A DNA stretch of 63,996 nucleotides, counting the filler, from Rhabdomonas costata (Eukaryota), in the NCBI GenBank assembly GCA_019059605.1. It is 50 parts of 50 records of this genome, joined end to end, with 100 filler letters (N's around TTAATTAATTAA, not from the genome) between each part and the next. Parts side by side here need not be neighbours in the genome. Positions count along the whole stretch, not along the records: positions 1 to 1,181 come from JAHMHO010024638.1; positions 1,282 to 2,464 come from JAHMHO010024639.1; positions 2,565 to 3,747 come from JAHMHO010024640.1; positions 3,848 to 5,030 come from JAHMHO010024641.1; positions 5,131 to 6,313 come from JAHMHO010024642.1; positions 6,414 to 7,594 come from JAHMHO010024643.1; positions 7,695 to 8,877 come from JAHMHO010024644.1; positions 8,978 to 10,160 come from JAHMHO010024645.1; 42 more parts are not named here. The stretch is one strand, 5' to 3'. Below are positions 1 through 13,373 of the stretch, piece after piece. Made by a program: the position numbers and the translations under genes. How positions within the stretch are numbered: position 1 is the stretch's first letter; every line of letters begins with the position of its first letter. The notes under the pieces are model-generated. The model searched no databases. It was not told where the DNA came from and saw nothing but the letters and a program-made list of their open reading frames with translations.

Positions 1-65
1 GGGGGTGTTTCACTGATGGGGTTCTTTTTGGGGTTAAGGGCTGCACTGCCGCCTAGCTTCCGCAG

Positions 66-1006
66 TTCCACAGTCGTGACGGCTCGGGCTACGCCCTCCT
101 GGGGGACGTCCTGCTGGATCTGGACAAGATCAACCCCCAGGTTAGGCAGTCAGTGTCTGTCCGTGTGTGGATGCACGCTGGCGTGCATGCTGCTGCTTCG
201 ATTAGGGTGGGCAGCGTCGTCGCAGAGCACACCGTTTTTGCATTTCTTCCTTTGCGCTGTGTTGAGCTGTGGTTAGCCGGTAACTCCACGAGTCCACGAG
301 AATCCGCCATCAGCTATGTCCCGAAATGCATCAGGTTATGTTCCGACATGCACAAGTACGATGACAATGATTTACGGGGAGACTTTGCATCGACGATGTA
401 ATGATGTTTGCCTCTCTCTGTTCTGCTGTTTTTGATTTGGGGGGTGGAGTGGGGAACATTTCTTTGGCGTGATCCCTCAACTCCCTTGCTATTCTTCAGT
501 GTTCAGTGCAGTAGTCGCTAGCTGGGGTTTTTCGCTCATTGGGACACTCAGGTTGTGTCGTTTCGTAAGCTGCAAGCGTATGTGTTGAACTGGACGGGGT
601 GCCAGTTTTCCTTTCCTTGCCATGGCCCCACCCTCACCCTTGGCTTTGCTTTGCCAGATGGCCGCCTATGCCTGTGACAAGTTCTCAAACTTCCGCAAGT
701 TCACTGAGGAGCGTCAGGCCCTTATGCGGGCTCAGGTTTGCCCGTACGCTGCCCTCACTTCCCAGATATTTCCAGCTGTTGCGATCGCCATAAAAAATCG
801 CTGAGCTTTCCTTTGGGCTGCTGTGCTTCTTTTTTTTTTCGGTGTTTTGTAGTTGTGCTTGGTCCGTCTGTGGAGCTCGCGTGCTGTGTTCCCGTTCATG
901 TGCACTTTATTCTCACCATTGTGGTGACTCTCAGCTGGAGCGCATCCGGGACCACCCTGGGTTGTCCGCGAATTCCATGGAGATGGTGACCCGCAGCCTG
1001 GCCTAA
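66..1006 (+). CDS. pepN: Aminopeptidase N (M1, PepN-like), last three exons
   Basis: GT-AG exons 66-140 (FHSRDGSGYALLGDVLLDLDKINPQ), 658-735 (MAAYACDKFSNFRKFTEERQALMRAQ) and 935-1006 (LERIRDHPGLSANSMEMVTRSLA*) join in phase 0. They match the PepN C-terminal pattern FHxxDGSGY...NPQxA...RQxxMRAxLE...LS. Confidence 0.88.
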
Positions 1007-1181
1007 CCATAAGGGGGCCTCTCTCGGCGCCTGCCCTGTCTTGTCTCACCCACCTGTAGCACCCCACCTCACCTCCACACGTTCCAACACCACCGTACAA
1101 GCACACACGAGCAGACTGAACCACACCCACGGACCCAACGCACTCACACCACACCCACCACAAGGGCAACATGTCCACAGC

Positions 1182-1281
1182 NNNNNNNNNNNNNNNNNNN
1201 NNNNNNNNNNNNNNNNNNNNNNNNNTTAATTAATTAANNNNNNNNNNNNNNNNNNNNNNNNNNNNNNNNNNNNNNNNNNNN
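1182..1281. other. Artificial contig spacer (44 N + TTAATTAATTAA + 44 N), recurring every ~1,282 nt through the window
   Basis: Identical 100-nt block between all contigs; TTAATTAATTAA gives stops in all six frames. The first instance is listed. Confidence 0.99.
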
Positions 1282-2464
1282 TGTTGTGGTGGAAGACTAC
1301 ACCACATCGGCAGAACCATGAAGGACCTGATGAAAAATAAGAGATAATGTGTTTGGAGCAAAACGCAGGAGACTGTTTTTCAGAGGCTAAAGGCTAGAAT
1401 TCCAAATCATCCTGTTTTTGTTGTGCCAGACTTCCAGAAACCAATGGTGCTTCACAACGATGCTTTGAAATTGGGTATTGTCCAAACTTTCGAAAAAAAG
1501 TGAAGACGTGAAGTTATAGTTACAGCTGTATACGGAAGAAAGAAATACCAGGTCCCCTAGAAGAAGATGTCGTGTTGGTACTACCCGCCCACGTTGATTT
1601 ACCTGAAGAAGAACACCGACCGTCTCCAAGACAAGTTAGATGGCTAGAAAAGTTGCAGAGATATACGCTGAAGATTTCACATTTTCCTGTAAGGCTAAAT
1701 GTTGCAGAGGACGCGTTTTCTCGCCACCAGCTAGATAAAACGAGCCTTGGAGCGACACAGGAATGTAAATGTTTTGCGTCAGTGTTTTTCAACGGACAGC
1801 TGTGTGAGCCCATAAGCTTTTGCCCAGCAGAAAATCCAGACGATTGGTGGACGGACTACTGGCTATACGTATGCTAGATATACGTGGTAATTATTTCAAC
1901 GTATCCAGCTTCTGGACCCGACAAAAAGGAATTGTGGTCGTATTTGGGATAAAAGTAAGATTGTTGTGCCACATCAGCGGAAGCGAGAAATTATATTGCG
2001 TTATCATGATTTCCCATCCGAATGACATTGGAATTTGACTAGAACTTCAGCAATAATGAGGACGTTTGTGTTCAAGAAAATCAAGAGAAAAGTAAAAGTT
2101 TATGTGAGTACTTGTGATTTATGTCAATATTTCAATAAAAATCATCACCTGCAGAGAGTTCACACGCTTGAATAAATTTAAATAAATGGAGTCCATCTCC
2201 ATGGAGGGGCCGTGGAAGTTATCTTGATGTAGTCAAGTGGTAAATGAAATTTTGAAGGTGTCGGACAGAGCGACAAAGATGGTGGTTTTAATTCAATGCC
2301 ACAACATTATGAATGCTTGCGATAGAGTGGAGTTGTTTTGGTGGTAAACAATTATATATCATGGGTTGCCAATGGTAATTGTGAATGATCTTCATGTCGT
2401 TGTTTTGAAAAGAGCTAACAGTTTTTGTGTATACAGATTTGAAGATGCTGTCGCCGTACCATCC
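1282..2464 (+). mobile_element. Decayed Ty3/Gypsy LTR-retrotransposon pol fragment (RT connection, RNase H, integrase)
   Basis: WSKTQETVFQRLK...PVFVVPDFQKPMVLHNDA; PSPRQVRWLEKLQRY...NVAEDAFSR; integrase Zn region VKVYVSTCDLCQ; DRATKMVVLI...HGLPMVIV. RT-RH-IN order is Gypsy-type. Many stops and frameshifts. Confidence 0.9.
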
Positions 2465-2780
2465 NNNNNNNNNNNNNNNNNNNNNNNNNNNNNNNNNNNN
2501 NNNNNNNNTTAATTAATTAANNNNNNNNNNNNNNNNNNNNNNNNNNNNNNNNNNNNNNNNNNNNGGTGTTGGGTGAGTTTGGTGTTGTTTTGCCTTGACT
2601 TTCGGTTGACACTTCCCGCTCCTTGTTTCAAACATTTTGAGATGAAACGGGCCTGCATTGTGAACTTGTGGCAACTTTGCAGGCTATCACCCGACAAAAT
2701 GAATCTATTGTCGCCAATGTTTAGCATTGTTAAGTGTTTGCTGTGCCTTGGACCGACAACTGCGCGGGGCTGCCGCACAG

Positions 2781-3685
2781 CATACGAGGTGTTCAGCTTT
2801 GGCCGTGGGACGTACGGGCAGCTCGGGCACGGGGATGTCCTGAACCGCAGTCAGCCCTGTCTGGTGCGGGCCTTCGTGGGGAAGGCGGTCACCGGAGTGT
2901 CCTGCAGCGCCTTCGCCTCCTTCGCCATCACTGCGGGTGTCTGCCAGCACCTCCCCAGCCCTTCCACATCTCTACCACCGGACGCGTGCCGGAAGCAGTT
3001 CTGAGCACTCACCGCTCTTCACTTTCCGAGGCCACCTCCTCAACCACTTCCTATTGAGCAATGTTGAATGTCAGCACCAAAACACCGAACCGGTGACAAC
3101 GTGAGACGAGTCTGGGAGGGGAGGTTGATGCAGGTGATTGTGCGAATCCAAACCGACCTGACCGCCACGGATCTTCACTTTCGAATTGCGTATAGCGACT
3201 ACCCCTCCAAATGAGGAGCCAGTTGATAGATGCGCACGATTCTGTGGGCCTTGTCCCTTGGGTTGACTTTGCAGCGAAATTAAGTGAAGCAATAAACCTG
3301 AGAGGGCGAGCACGGTGAGGGGCGGGTTTACCGTAAATCCGGACTCTCAAAAACCTATACACGCACTGAAACCGGGCTACCAACAGGAGCGTGCACGCAC
3401 TGGGATTTGCTTTCGACGAGCAAGACGATCCGCTTGGCTGAAGCTGGCTTTTTTGTGTTTGTGTTGTGGTCCCGAAGTGCTGGGAGGGTGAATGGGGTGT
3501 TGTTACCTCTCCTTTGTCCTCTTGTTTAGAGGGAGAGCTGCATTCGTTTGGGTTCGGCCATGCCGGGCAGCTGGGCCATGGCGATGAGGAGAACTACAGC
3601 GTCCCAGTGAAGGTGCAGGCCCTGCACTCCCGGGAGGTGGTGCGGATCAGCAACGGCGAGTTCTTCACGGCGTGCGTGACCCGAG
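2781..3685 (+). CDS. RCC1-repeat protein, two internal exons
   Basis: Exons 2781-2936 (VFSFGRGTYGQLGHGD...P.LV...V.GVSCSAFASFAIT) and 3530-3685 (GELHSFGFGHAGQLGHGDEENYSVPVKV...ISNGEFFTACVT). GT-AG, phase-compatible, two RCC1 repeats. Confidence 0.92.
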
Positions 3686-4088
3686 GTGCAAGCGAGGGCT
3701 GCGGGGAATGCACACCACTGAAAACATTTGTCTTCAGCCCCAACAACNNNNNNNNNNNNNNNNNNNNNNNNNNNNNNNNNNNNNNNNNNNNTTAATTAAT
3801 TAANNNNNNNNNNNNNNNNNNNNNNNNNNNNNNNNNNNNNNNNNNNNATAAGAGTGGAGGTGGATCCAGGGGTGCCCTGTGAGAGCGGGACAGGAAACGC
3901 AGCCATCCTCCGTTGTAATTGTCTGAGCTACCTTTGAAGAAACCGATTGGACCAGTCGAGGTCCGCCTTTGGCATGACACGAGCCATACTATTCTGAAGA
4001 GGTCAGAAGCGATTCCTGTGGCGTTCGAGGGGTCTGGCTCAGCGCGCAGAATCCAGAAACAGGTATACTCACTGCAGCTCGCACAGAC

Positions 4089-4957
4089 CGGAGCAGCGGG
4101 GCTGATCACAAGGACGTTGGGGGCTGCCACCCCCCGGCTGCTGCCCGGCCTAAGTCCCTCCGCGGTGCCGGGGCGGCTGGTACCGGGCAGCGTGGCGAAG
4201 TCCCGCAGCGGGCGCCCATCCAAAACCTCCAGTGTGGGCACAAACCTGAGAAAGGGGGGAACCACCACAAAGACACGGGCAAGGAGCTCACTGGGCTGCC
4301 GAATACTACCGTTTGCTCAGAGGACATCGGCTAAAAGACTTCCCCTTCACTCCATGGCAGGGTTGCCACCTCTTTGTTTGGTCCGAGTTCTTGGTGGCTT
4401 TCTTCCATTTCACCCCTCTCATTATTTCTGTCACTCTGGCTTTAATTTTCATCACCTCCAAAGCGCAGAGAGTAATGGAGCGAGTGAGTGAGTGAGAGGC
4501 AGCCCCAAGCACACATGAGACTCACATCTGGGTTGTGGCAAGGAAGGCACAATTCAGGGGGTATGTGTGTGCGTGTGCATGGGAACACCCCAGGCACATT
4601 AACCGCAACAAGCGCGGCGAGTGAGCAGCTGAGGAGGGATCTATGCCCACGGGGAAAAAGGAATTGCGCAAAGACGCAAAGAAAGTGCGCTGCGCGACCG
4701 AGCTGTTCACAAAATGCACAGCCGGCTCAAGGGAGACTGCACGACTATGCTCGAGAGAAAACTCTCCGTCACACCCAACCACACACCAACACCAGCACAC
4801 GCGCTCACCGATGCACTGCCTCGGCATAAGCCGCGGGCTGAGTGACGTGCACAGAACCCTCCAGAAAGAGCTCCACCAGCTCCGCGCACGGCCCCAGCGC
4901 GGAGAGCTGCGCCAGGCCCCGCACCACGGAGTCCCCGTTGTGCCGCAGATCAAGGAC
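4089..4957 (-). CDS. Leucine-rich-repeat protein fragment (LRR plus LRRcap-like)
   Basis: Exon 4957-4858 VLDLRHN...LSALGPCAELVELFLEG and exon 4245-4089 FVPTLEVLDGRPL (LP.LxxLDG cap motif). The linking exon was not resolved. Confidence 0.55.
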
Positions 4958-7187
4958 CTGGGAACCCCCAAGTGGAACTGATGTCCCCCACCACCAGAGA
5001 ATTTCTTTTTCTCTCCGCCAATGGTGCCATNNNNNNNNNNNNNNNNNNNNNNNNNNNNNNNNNNNNNNNNNNNNTTAATTAATTAANNNNNNNNNNNNNN
5101 NNNNNNNNNNNNNNNNNNNNNNNNNNNNNNCTCACGAATGGGGTATATGTAGGGTGCAAGAATGGCTGTCGGTAAATGCGCAGGAGCCGGGTTGGAGACG
5201 TGTGAAGGTAAAAGCAGTCTGCGGCAGGGGAAATGAAGCTGAACTGACTCCGCAACGTGGCCCGATAACTGAAACCCACCAGACCACTCATCTTTCCGCT
5301 CGGAAGCAGTTGGTGCCAAGAAGGCGAGAGGCCACTTCAACATTTCGGCCGGAAGTGCACCTTCGTTCTAAGACACACATGGGAGAAAACACCACAGAAC
5401 AACTCACAAAGTACGTTTTGGGAGGACAATGGGGTGGGGGCAGAAAGCTGCACAGGGAATATGAAATCCAAAGCACTCCAGGAGGGCTCGGAAACGTGGC
5501 AAGGGTGAGGTTTTCTTTGTATCATTTCAAAGGAGTGAAGAAACCCCAGCCCTTTCTGCACTTTGCCTTGTGAAGTGACTCCTCACACACAAAACATTTC
5601 ACGTCATAAGTGCTCCGCGTTCAGAGATCGTGCCACAAAGCCGGGCAAACACAGTCGGGCAGAGAACAGGGCTCGGGTACAGGGCATGGGGTATGGTGAG
5701 CTAAAGCAAGCAACCCGAACCACACGCCCTCCTTTGCTGGCAGTCAGACCGAAGGGGTTGGGCCCATCGGTGCTGGACGACCGGGGAGATGAAAAACACT
5801 CAACTGCAATCCGCGGCCTTCTTTAATGCACAGAAAGAAGCAGCGGTGCAGTGAGAGGAGAGGGCATGCACTTCGGGTTGGGAAAGAAAACAGGCCCCAG
5901 CAAAGCAGAAACGGAGAGGGTGGGGGACGCGGGCACAAATTGTGCACATAAAAGAAGAACGAGTGCTGGAAAGATGATGATAGCAGAAGGAGAGGAGGAC
6001 ACCCAAAAAATACACTATGCACACACAGAGAGCAGTCAGTGTCTGAATGCAGGAGGCCTGTTTACAGAAGCTGGCCCACTACCGACGATGAAAGGAAACG
6101 CCGGAGCCTCTGGTTTTGTTGCATGCAGCGTGGTCACTAGCTGCAGCAAGCGAAACGAGAGGAAGGCCAACAAGCAGGGTCAGATGCCGAGAAAATGCGA
6201 AGACACAGCTCCCGTGCTATTCCAAACGTGTTCTAAACAGCATCCGGATCGAAGGGAATGCACAGTAGAAAGCGCACAGAACTCCACACACGCACAGAGA
6301 AGAAACCCAAACCNNNNNNNNNNNNNNNNNNNNNNNNNNNNNNNNNNNNNNNNNNNNTTAATTAATTAANNNNNNNNNNNNNNNNNNNNNNNNNNNNNNN
6401 NNNNNNNNNNNNNTGTTGTGGGTGAAACACATGGGAACCATGCCGTAGGAATTGAGAGAGGATGAGAGATGAAGATGCACCACGCTTGGATTCCTTTTCC
6501 ATTTGAATTGCTTCACCGACCAGTGTGCCTCCATTTATGTGCCTCGTTGGGTGTCGTGCTTTCAGCTTTTCCAGCAGCTGTACTTCAAGGAGGTGGAAGA
6601 CAACCTGGACTTGCAGTTCCGGTGGCAGCGGGTGAAGCCTCGAATGGTTAAGGTATCCTCCGATATGCACCACTGATAGGGGGACCTTTTTGAGAGGCGG
6701 GTTAATGAGCAAGCTTTTTTTTTTACAACAGCGATGTGATGCCGTGCAAAATCACCAAAATGTATACGACCGATGATACCTCTGTTTCATCTGTCAGCAA
6801 GAGCTTATTAGCATATTTACATTTGGCAACTGTTACTATCAATGGTATGGAATATTCACTGGCGGCGCTGGTCGGTCGAGTGGTGGAGAGTTTCTAGATA
6901 CACTAGTTAACGGGTATTTTACAAACTTCCAATGGAGAATTGGATTCGAGGGAAATTAAACGGGGGGTTTATTCCAACTGGTGGTGACCTGGGCTCACCG
7001 GAAGGGACCAAAGAGTTCTGCACCGACCCAGCGCTGTTTTGCGTTCTGAGGAAGGAGGCCTGGGTGTAGGTCTCGTTGGTAACAATTTTCACCCTTATGC
7101 AGGTGAGGGATCTGAACGCGCAACTTGCTGGCACCACTGGTAGCTAGTTGGGTGGTGGTGGAATTTGACATTCCCATGCTCCCTCAG

Positions 7188-7370
7188 GCGCTGAGCTTGC
7201 TGGAGGACTTCTCGCAGATCCCGGCAGTGAACCGCGCCGTTGGCAAGGCTCTGGACGAGCTCCCAGCAACGGAGATCCGTAAGATGCGCCAGCAGTGCTC
7301 GGAGCTCCGTGAGATTGGCCGCGCGCGCCTGCGAGAAACCCAGCAGCAGCAGCAGTCCAGGAAGAAGTGA
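7188..7370 (+). CDS. Terminal exon of a hypothetical protein
   Basis: CAG acceptor followed by GC3-rich ALSLLEDFSQIPAVNRAVGKALDELP...RKK*. A likely upstream exon lies near 6578-6652 (LYFKEVEDNLDLQFRWQRVKPRMVK|gt). Confidence 0.5.
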   Translation, partial: ALSLLEDFSQIPAVNRAVGKALDELPATEIRKMRQQCSELREIGRARLRETQQQQQSRKK

Positions 7371-7811
7371 AGGCACTCTCAGGACATGACAGTGGGGGCG
7401 TAGTGGTTGTAAAAGGGCGTCCACCCCTCACCTTTTGAGACTCCATTTCCGTACCTTAGGTTTCCATTTTTCGCCCAACACCATGACAATCGTATCACGC
7501 TCTCCAGACTCTAAACCTTGCGCAACTTCAGCTAGCAGTGTCGAGTGTCGGACAGCTCCCACCCGTAACATTTGCTTCCTTTCACCCCACACACNNNNNN
7601 NNNNNNNNNNNNNNNNNNNNNNNNNNNNNNNNNNNNNNTTAATTAATTAANNNNNNNNNNNNNNNNNNNNNNNNNNNNNNNNNNNNNNNNNNNNTGGTTT
7701 GTGTCCTAATCGGTACGTGTGAAGAGTGGGTGTACGCGGGAACCCCTTGGGAACCCCGACTGGCGCGTTTAGAGTACTCTTCACCGGCGCGTGACACACA
7801 CATACACATAC

Positions 7812-7918
7812 AGCTTCAGGTAGAAAGTCCTGGCCTCGGGTGCAGAGCAGTAGCGCAACAGATCCTCCTCCACGGTGGTCACTATCGTTCGAGCACACAA
7901 TAAGGCGTCAGCCGAGTG
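7812..7918 (-). CDS. Exon of a divergent 14-3-3-like protein
   Basis: cag|HSADALLCARTIVTTVEEDLLRYCSAPEARTFYLKL|gt resembles 14-3-3 helices 4-5 (IC..IL..LD..LIP.A...ESKVFYLKM). Confidence 0.4.
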
Positions 7919-10900
7919 CTGCAGTGAGGAAGGAAGGGCAAGGGGGTGGGGCATGTCAAACTCTATTAAGAACTCAGAAGCCATGTTTTTCGTTTTTCAG
8001 TGGAGTGTTTGGAGCGTACCCAAAACTTCATATTTGGTTTCGGGAATCGACATACCTGACAAACACTGCAGACCCCATCACAAGCTGAAATAAGTCTAGG
8101 AATATGCTGGGAAATGTATTATGAATTCTGGAAAACCAATCCAAATACCGCAATCCAAATTAAAAAAAAAAGAAAAAAACGGATTAAAGTCCCAAGCTCG
8201 GACTAACGCCTGCCAACACGGAGCATGTACGTACTGGGACAGCGCTTGACGTCAGGTACTGCGCTCTTGGGTCCTTTTCATCAAGAACCCTGTGATTTCC
8301 CCATGCCGTGTCTTCACGCAGGGGGAACGACCCGAACCTGAGCCGTGAGGTTCTGCAGAGCGGTCAGCCCACTGAGTCCCAAGGAAGGTGACGACGAGGA
8401 GTCCTGCACTGGAAGGCACCGCGGAAGGGCGGCGCCCGAGGAGGAGGGCGGGGGCAGCATCGAGGGCTCCGCAGTGGCGAAGGCCCGCAGGGGGTACTCC
8501 ATGGCGCCGCCGCTGCGGTACTGCGGCGGTGGGGTGAAGCCGCGCTGGCGGTGAGCAGAGGGTCTCAGCCTGCACGCATGTCAGTGCCGTCAACACCCCA
8601 CACCAAACATCCGCATAAATATGGTCGATATAGGTTGTGGGTCAGCTAAGTTTGCTGTGGTGGCACTGACTTCACGCCTGCAAATCTTTGCAACGGGTTC
8701 GAAAATCGCAGAAACGGATATGGAAGCCGAAAAATAGACGGAAAGTCCAGCCCACCGAAGGAAAAGAAAAAACAACACAATAGTGGGCACCACTGTGAAG
8801 GGTGGGAGTATCCTAATCCCCGCGCCAAAGCACACCTCCGGAAAACAGGTTCTTCAGTATAGTTCGCCGCAGAGCTGNNNNNNNNNNNNNNNNNNNNNNN
8901 NNNNNNNNNNNNNNNNNNNNNTTAATTAATTAANNNNNNNNNNNNNNNNNNNNNNNNNNNNNNNNNNNNNNNNNNNNGTGAAAATCTCCACCACCTGCGG
9001 TTCCACGTACAGCAGATGCTCTGTAACCTCTTCGCCATCTTCCGTACATCCACTCTCTGAGCAGTCTTTACTTACCTCCTACAGATCTGGTTCTGGAATG
9101 GTATGGTACTGCTCTGGTTCGGCTGCCACAAAATCTATCCAACGTATCTGCAAATGGCTGTGAAGTGGGCTTTGTGTCTCGAGGGACATACTTCACCCAC
9201 TGCCTCGTCTCTGGAAGCTGTGGCAACAATTCTCTTGAAACAAACTCATTAAGCAACCACTTGATATTCTCCAGTTCTAAAATCAGAACCGATCCATCCA
9301 TCTGTTCAACCACTTCCATCAAGAACTTCACCATAGCATGGTACTCATGGTCGCTAACTGTGGAGATCATTTGGCAATCATCCTCCACTCGTTCAACTTA
9401 AGCATAGCCGCAGCCTTTTCAACTCTTTCATGCTCCATAATAACCACTAGATTTGTGATATGTGTATTTCCTTTTCTGTTCTTGTACCGATCTGAAGTTC
9501 ACTTTATCCATCTCGTGGTACTTTCTACCACTACCGAGCATCTATTATTCAGTCAACCTGCAGTATTGTTTTGCATCTTCTCCAAGTCTGTGGAAGACTT
9601 ATCAAAGCACTGCACAAAAGCCTCATAACCGATTCTGCAGATTGGCTCTCACAAATGCGTTCAGATCTGTCCAGTAACTCTTATATGCAGGAAGCTTATG
9701 TGTCTTTGACATCTTCACAACTCTGAAAGCACAGTAGCTCTGAAGTCAGTCACAACCAAGAAACGGTCTGGAAACACACCATCCAGACGCACACACAAAA
9801 AAAGCGCTGAAAGTAGGGATGAAACTCTGGAAAGGTAGATTCAAGAACACTGGGATCTGAAATGAGGAACTCTGGAACAATAACTAACTAAATACTACAG
9901 CAGTTGGGAGAAACCACAACCAGCTAGAGAAACTCTGAAGCTGGCACACGAGGGGGAGAGGTTCACCTCCATCCTCACCTTCTACACATTCCAAGACCTG
10001 ATTCTGGAGTCTGGAAAAGGTACTCCGCTCTGGAAATTTTGCCTTGCACCTGAAAAGAGGAAACAAAGAATGCAAACACAAAGACAAAAAAGAAACTTCC
10101 ATGGATCGTCCTACCTAAATTATTTCACACAGTCTACACCACTTATCCACTTGTGGAGAANNNNNNNNNNNNNNNNNNNNNNNNNNNNNNNNNNNNNNNN
10201 NNNNTTAATTAATTAANNNNNNNNNNNNNNNNNNNNNNNNNNNNNNNNNNNNNNNNNNNNTGTTGTGTGGGTATAGCTTTCAGGCCATTCCTCAATATTA
10301 TTGTCCACTTCTTGAACTCGAGGGGTGGTGTTGGCTCAGGGGTACGACTACTTCGCCTGCGGCGAGTGCGGGGCTAAGTGGAAGACACGGACCTATCATG
10401 GAAGATGAGCAACGCAATTGTGTTTGAGAGTTCTGTGCTGTGTTTCTTTTTTGAACTGCAAGCCCTTCCAGCTGCAAATGCCGACCAGACGGACTGTTGG
10501 TTGGGCCTTGTGGGCCTTGTGTTTTGTGCCTCTGTGCGGTGGGTGTGGATGAACCTCTACTTCGATCCCATCTTCCGCATTCGATGACACCTCGACTTTT
10601 TTTCTTGCGGTGTGTGATGCGATGCGAAGGCTTGGATTCGGGTAGGTTTTCACTGCCTGTGTTGTGGGAACTTTGCTGTGTACAGCCGGCCACTGCATTG
10701 GCCTCTTTTTGTGCATTGCTTGTCATGGCCTTGACTGAGTACGCCTGAGCACAACCTCTCCCGTGCTTGGTTTTGATGCCATCTGCACCTCATCGCCCTC
10801 GACGTGACCCCCCCCTTGCCCCGCCCCTCGTGTGTATATGCACAAACGCGCAACAGGGACGCGCGCATATCTCGATATGCGCTGTAACAGCTTAGCATGT

Positions 10901-13373
10901 ACCCCAATTGATTGCTCCTTCTTCAAGGCTTCGTAGCCGCTTCATCAAAGTGAATTGATGGGGTGCACAATGGGCACCCTCCCCCCCTCTCTTTCTGCGT
11001 GGCTAAAATTCTTCCTGCTTTTTTTTTTGCATTTGTTTTTGATCGGAGGCCGAGGACTTGCATTGCTCTCCCCTCCCTCCCACTCCCCAGGGATAACCTG
11101 CCGCCCGCTGCTACTGCGGAACGTTTCTAGCAGGAGCCCGTTTCGCCCGTTTCGTTTTTTTTTCTTCCGCTCTGGCCGGTAGTTCCCCTTCCATTTCGAG
11201 ACCACGGATCCAAAAGTATGAGCTCCACCTCCACTCATTTATTCAAAACCAGCAACTCAATGAGCCAGCTCTTGGGCTCAAGCTGATGTGGAACGGCATC
11301 TATCATGACACACACATGCACACGCACGCACGCATGCACACGTGCACACACGCACACTCGCTTACTCACTGACCAGGGCACTTCCCGCATTCATCACACG
11401 CATCGGCACTGCTGGCACTTCTTCAGCCTCGGGGTTTTTTACTNNNNNNNNNNNNNNNNNNNNNNNNNNNNNNNNNNNNNNNNNNNNTTAATTAATTAAN
11501 NNNNNNNNNNNNNNNNNNNNNNNNNNNNNNNNNNNNNNNNNNNCCGGGAGCCTATTTGTCCGAGGTTGCGGAACGAGACTGGGAAAGGACATGAATAATT
11601 TTTTCATTGGCAAGCGTTGTGCAACAGGGCAAGTGCTTTTCGAACAAGCGCTATGACGGGGGGGATTGTGAAGTTTGTGAACACCTGGGGCCACCTGCAA
11701 TTCTGGACATGATCCCTGCGTGGATATGGTTTATTGTCATTGCTCACTGGCTGCGCAGTTTGTGTGCCTACGTTTGCTTGTACGGTTCTTTCTCTTTTCC
11801 TTTCACCTCCGGATGCGCCCGCAGGAGGTTGGCCAGTCTCTGAAGGAGAACCTTGACTCATTCTGCGAAGCACTGTCCCTAACCCTTCGCCTGAAGACCA
11901 TAAAATACCGTCATGGACATTTTTATTTCACGAACTATGTAATTTGGCATGTGGTAAAACTCGAGCACTTTCCACTTAATAGCGAATTGGAGAGATAAAA
12001 TTTAGAGTATTTTTTTGCGTAGTAGAAAGCGGGTGGTGTTTCTGAACTTGTGCGGATTCTGGGATCCTTGATTTTGAACAACGTATCATGCATAACGACG
12101 CGGTATCTGGAGAGCAGTTTGATCTGTTTCCTTGATTTTGTCTCGCCAGATCACCCTGTGTGTTTGCCACTCGTTAAACTTTATTAGTTCATGAAATAAA
12201 AATGACCATAGCGATATGATCCAAGGGATCCTCGGAGCCGCTCGAAACAGGGTGCGGTTAAATGCTATGAAGGATGATGATTCTGCAGGTGGCGGTCATG
12301 GTAATCGGTAAAGGTGTAAGTACCTTTCCTACCCTCAGGACAGCTCCCGAGCGACCCATTGCGCTCGGGGATGCTGTAATTTTTTCCGGCACTAGACTGC
12401 GCCCACCTTTTCTGAACTGGGAGCTGGGGATTTTCGGATCCGTTTTTCAAATAGAAGTCTTCGAAAAGCCTTCACTTTCGGCAATACATGAATATGTTTA
12501 CATGCTCTTTTTTCGCGCCCAGCACTTGAGTTCGGCACCCTGGATATGAAAGGAGCTGAAGACTCGCAGGGGGTTAGGAAGCGATGCGCGTGTCATCAGG
12601 GGGGAGGGCAACGATGGATTTGATAGACGTCGATCCATCTTTGCTTTTGTCTCTTCGCTGTCAAAACCCTTTAATTTCTTGAAGGTTCATTCTTTTTCCA
12701 ATAGTGATTTAATTCGAAGACGCAGNNNNNNNNNNNNNNNNNNNNNNNNNNNNNNNNNNNNNNNNNNNNTTAATTAATTAANNNNNNNNNNNNNNNNNNN
12801 NNNNNNNNNNNNNNNNNNNNNNNNNGCCAGACTTTGCAGAAACAAGAAAACCACCACAAACAGATACCCGATAGGCGTGCCCACGGGAGGGCGAGGTGCA
12901 ACAAACTTCTTTGGCTGAAAAAACGATTGAAGCACGCAATCGGAAAAGCAATCCGAGCGTTTCATTTGGTTTCACTTCTGCCTATTCTTCCCTCTGTAAA
13001 ATATCTCTGGCAACTGAAAAGGGACACCACCACCGATCAGCCGTCAACGCTCTTGTCCATGTTTCATCAGAAACAAACACTTGAAAATATTTCTTAAATC
13101 CACCACACACACACACACAGAGACAGAGATACAGCGAAAGTATTCTGCATTGGAAGTCGAATCGGGCCAATTCAGACGTTAGCTTTGCCACCCTACCTTT
13201 GAACAACATGGTTCGACGTCCTTTCTCTTTTGCAAAACGTATCAGTACATTGGCCCATACAATTAACTATAATCGTGGATTGTTATAATAAAACTCTAGA
13301 ACCCTCCACTTATAATTAACTATACCCCGGATAAAATAGAGCTATTGTCAGCGTCACCTCAAAAAGTCACAAC

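Noticed and set aside
4300-4860. Possible nonconventional (non GT-AG) intron in the LRR gene
   Set aside because: The missing linking exon could not be placed unambiguously, so no boundary can be supported without transcripts.
10340-10380. GGGTACGAC start resembling euglenozoan 5S rRNA
   Set aside because: Similarity ends after ~9 nt; no internal box A/C or 5S structure.
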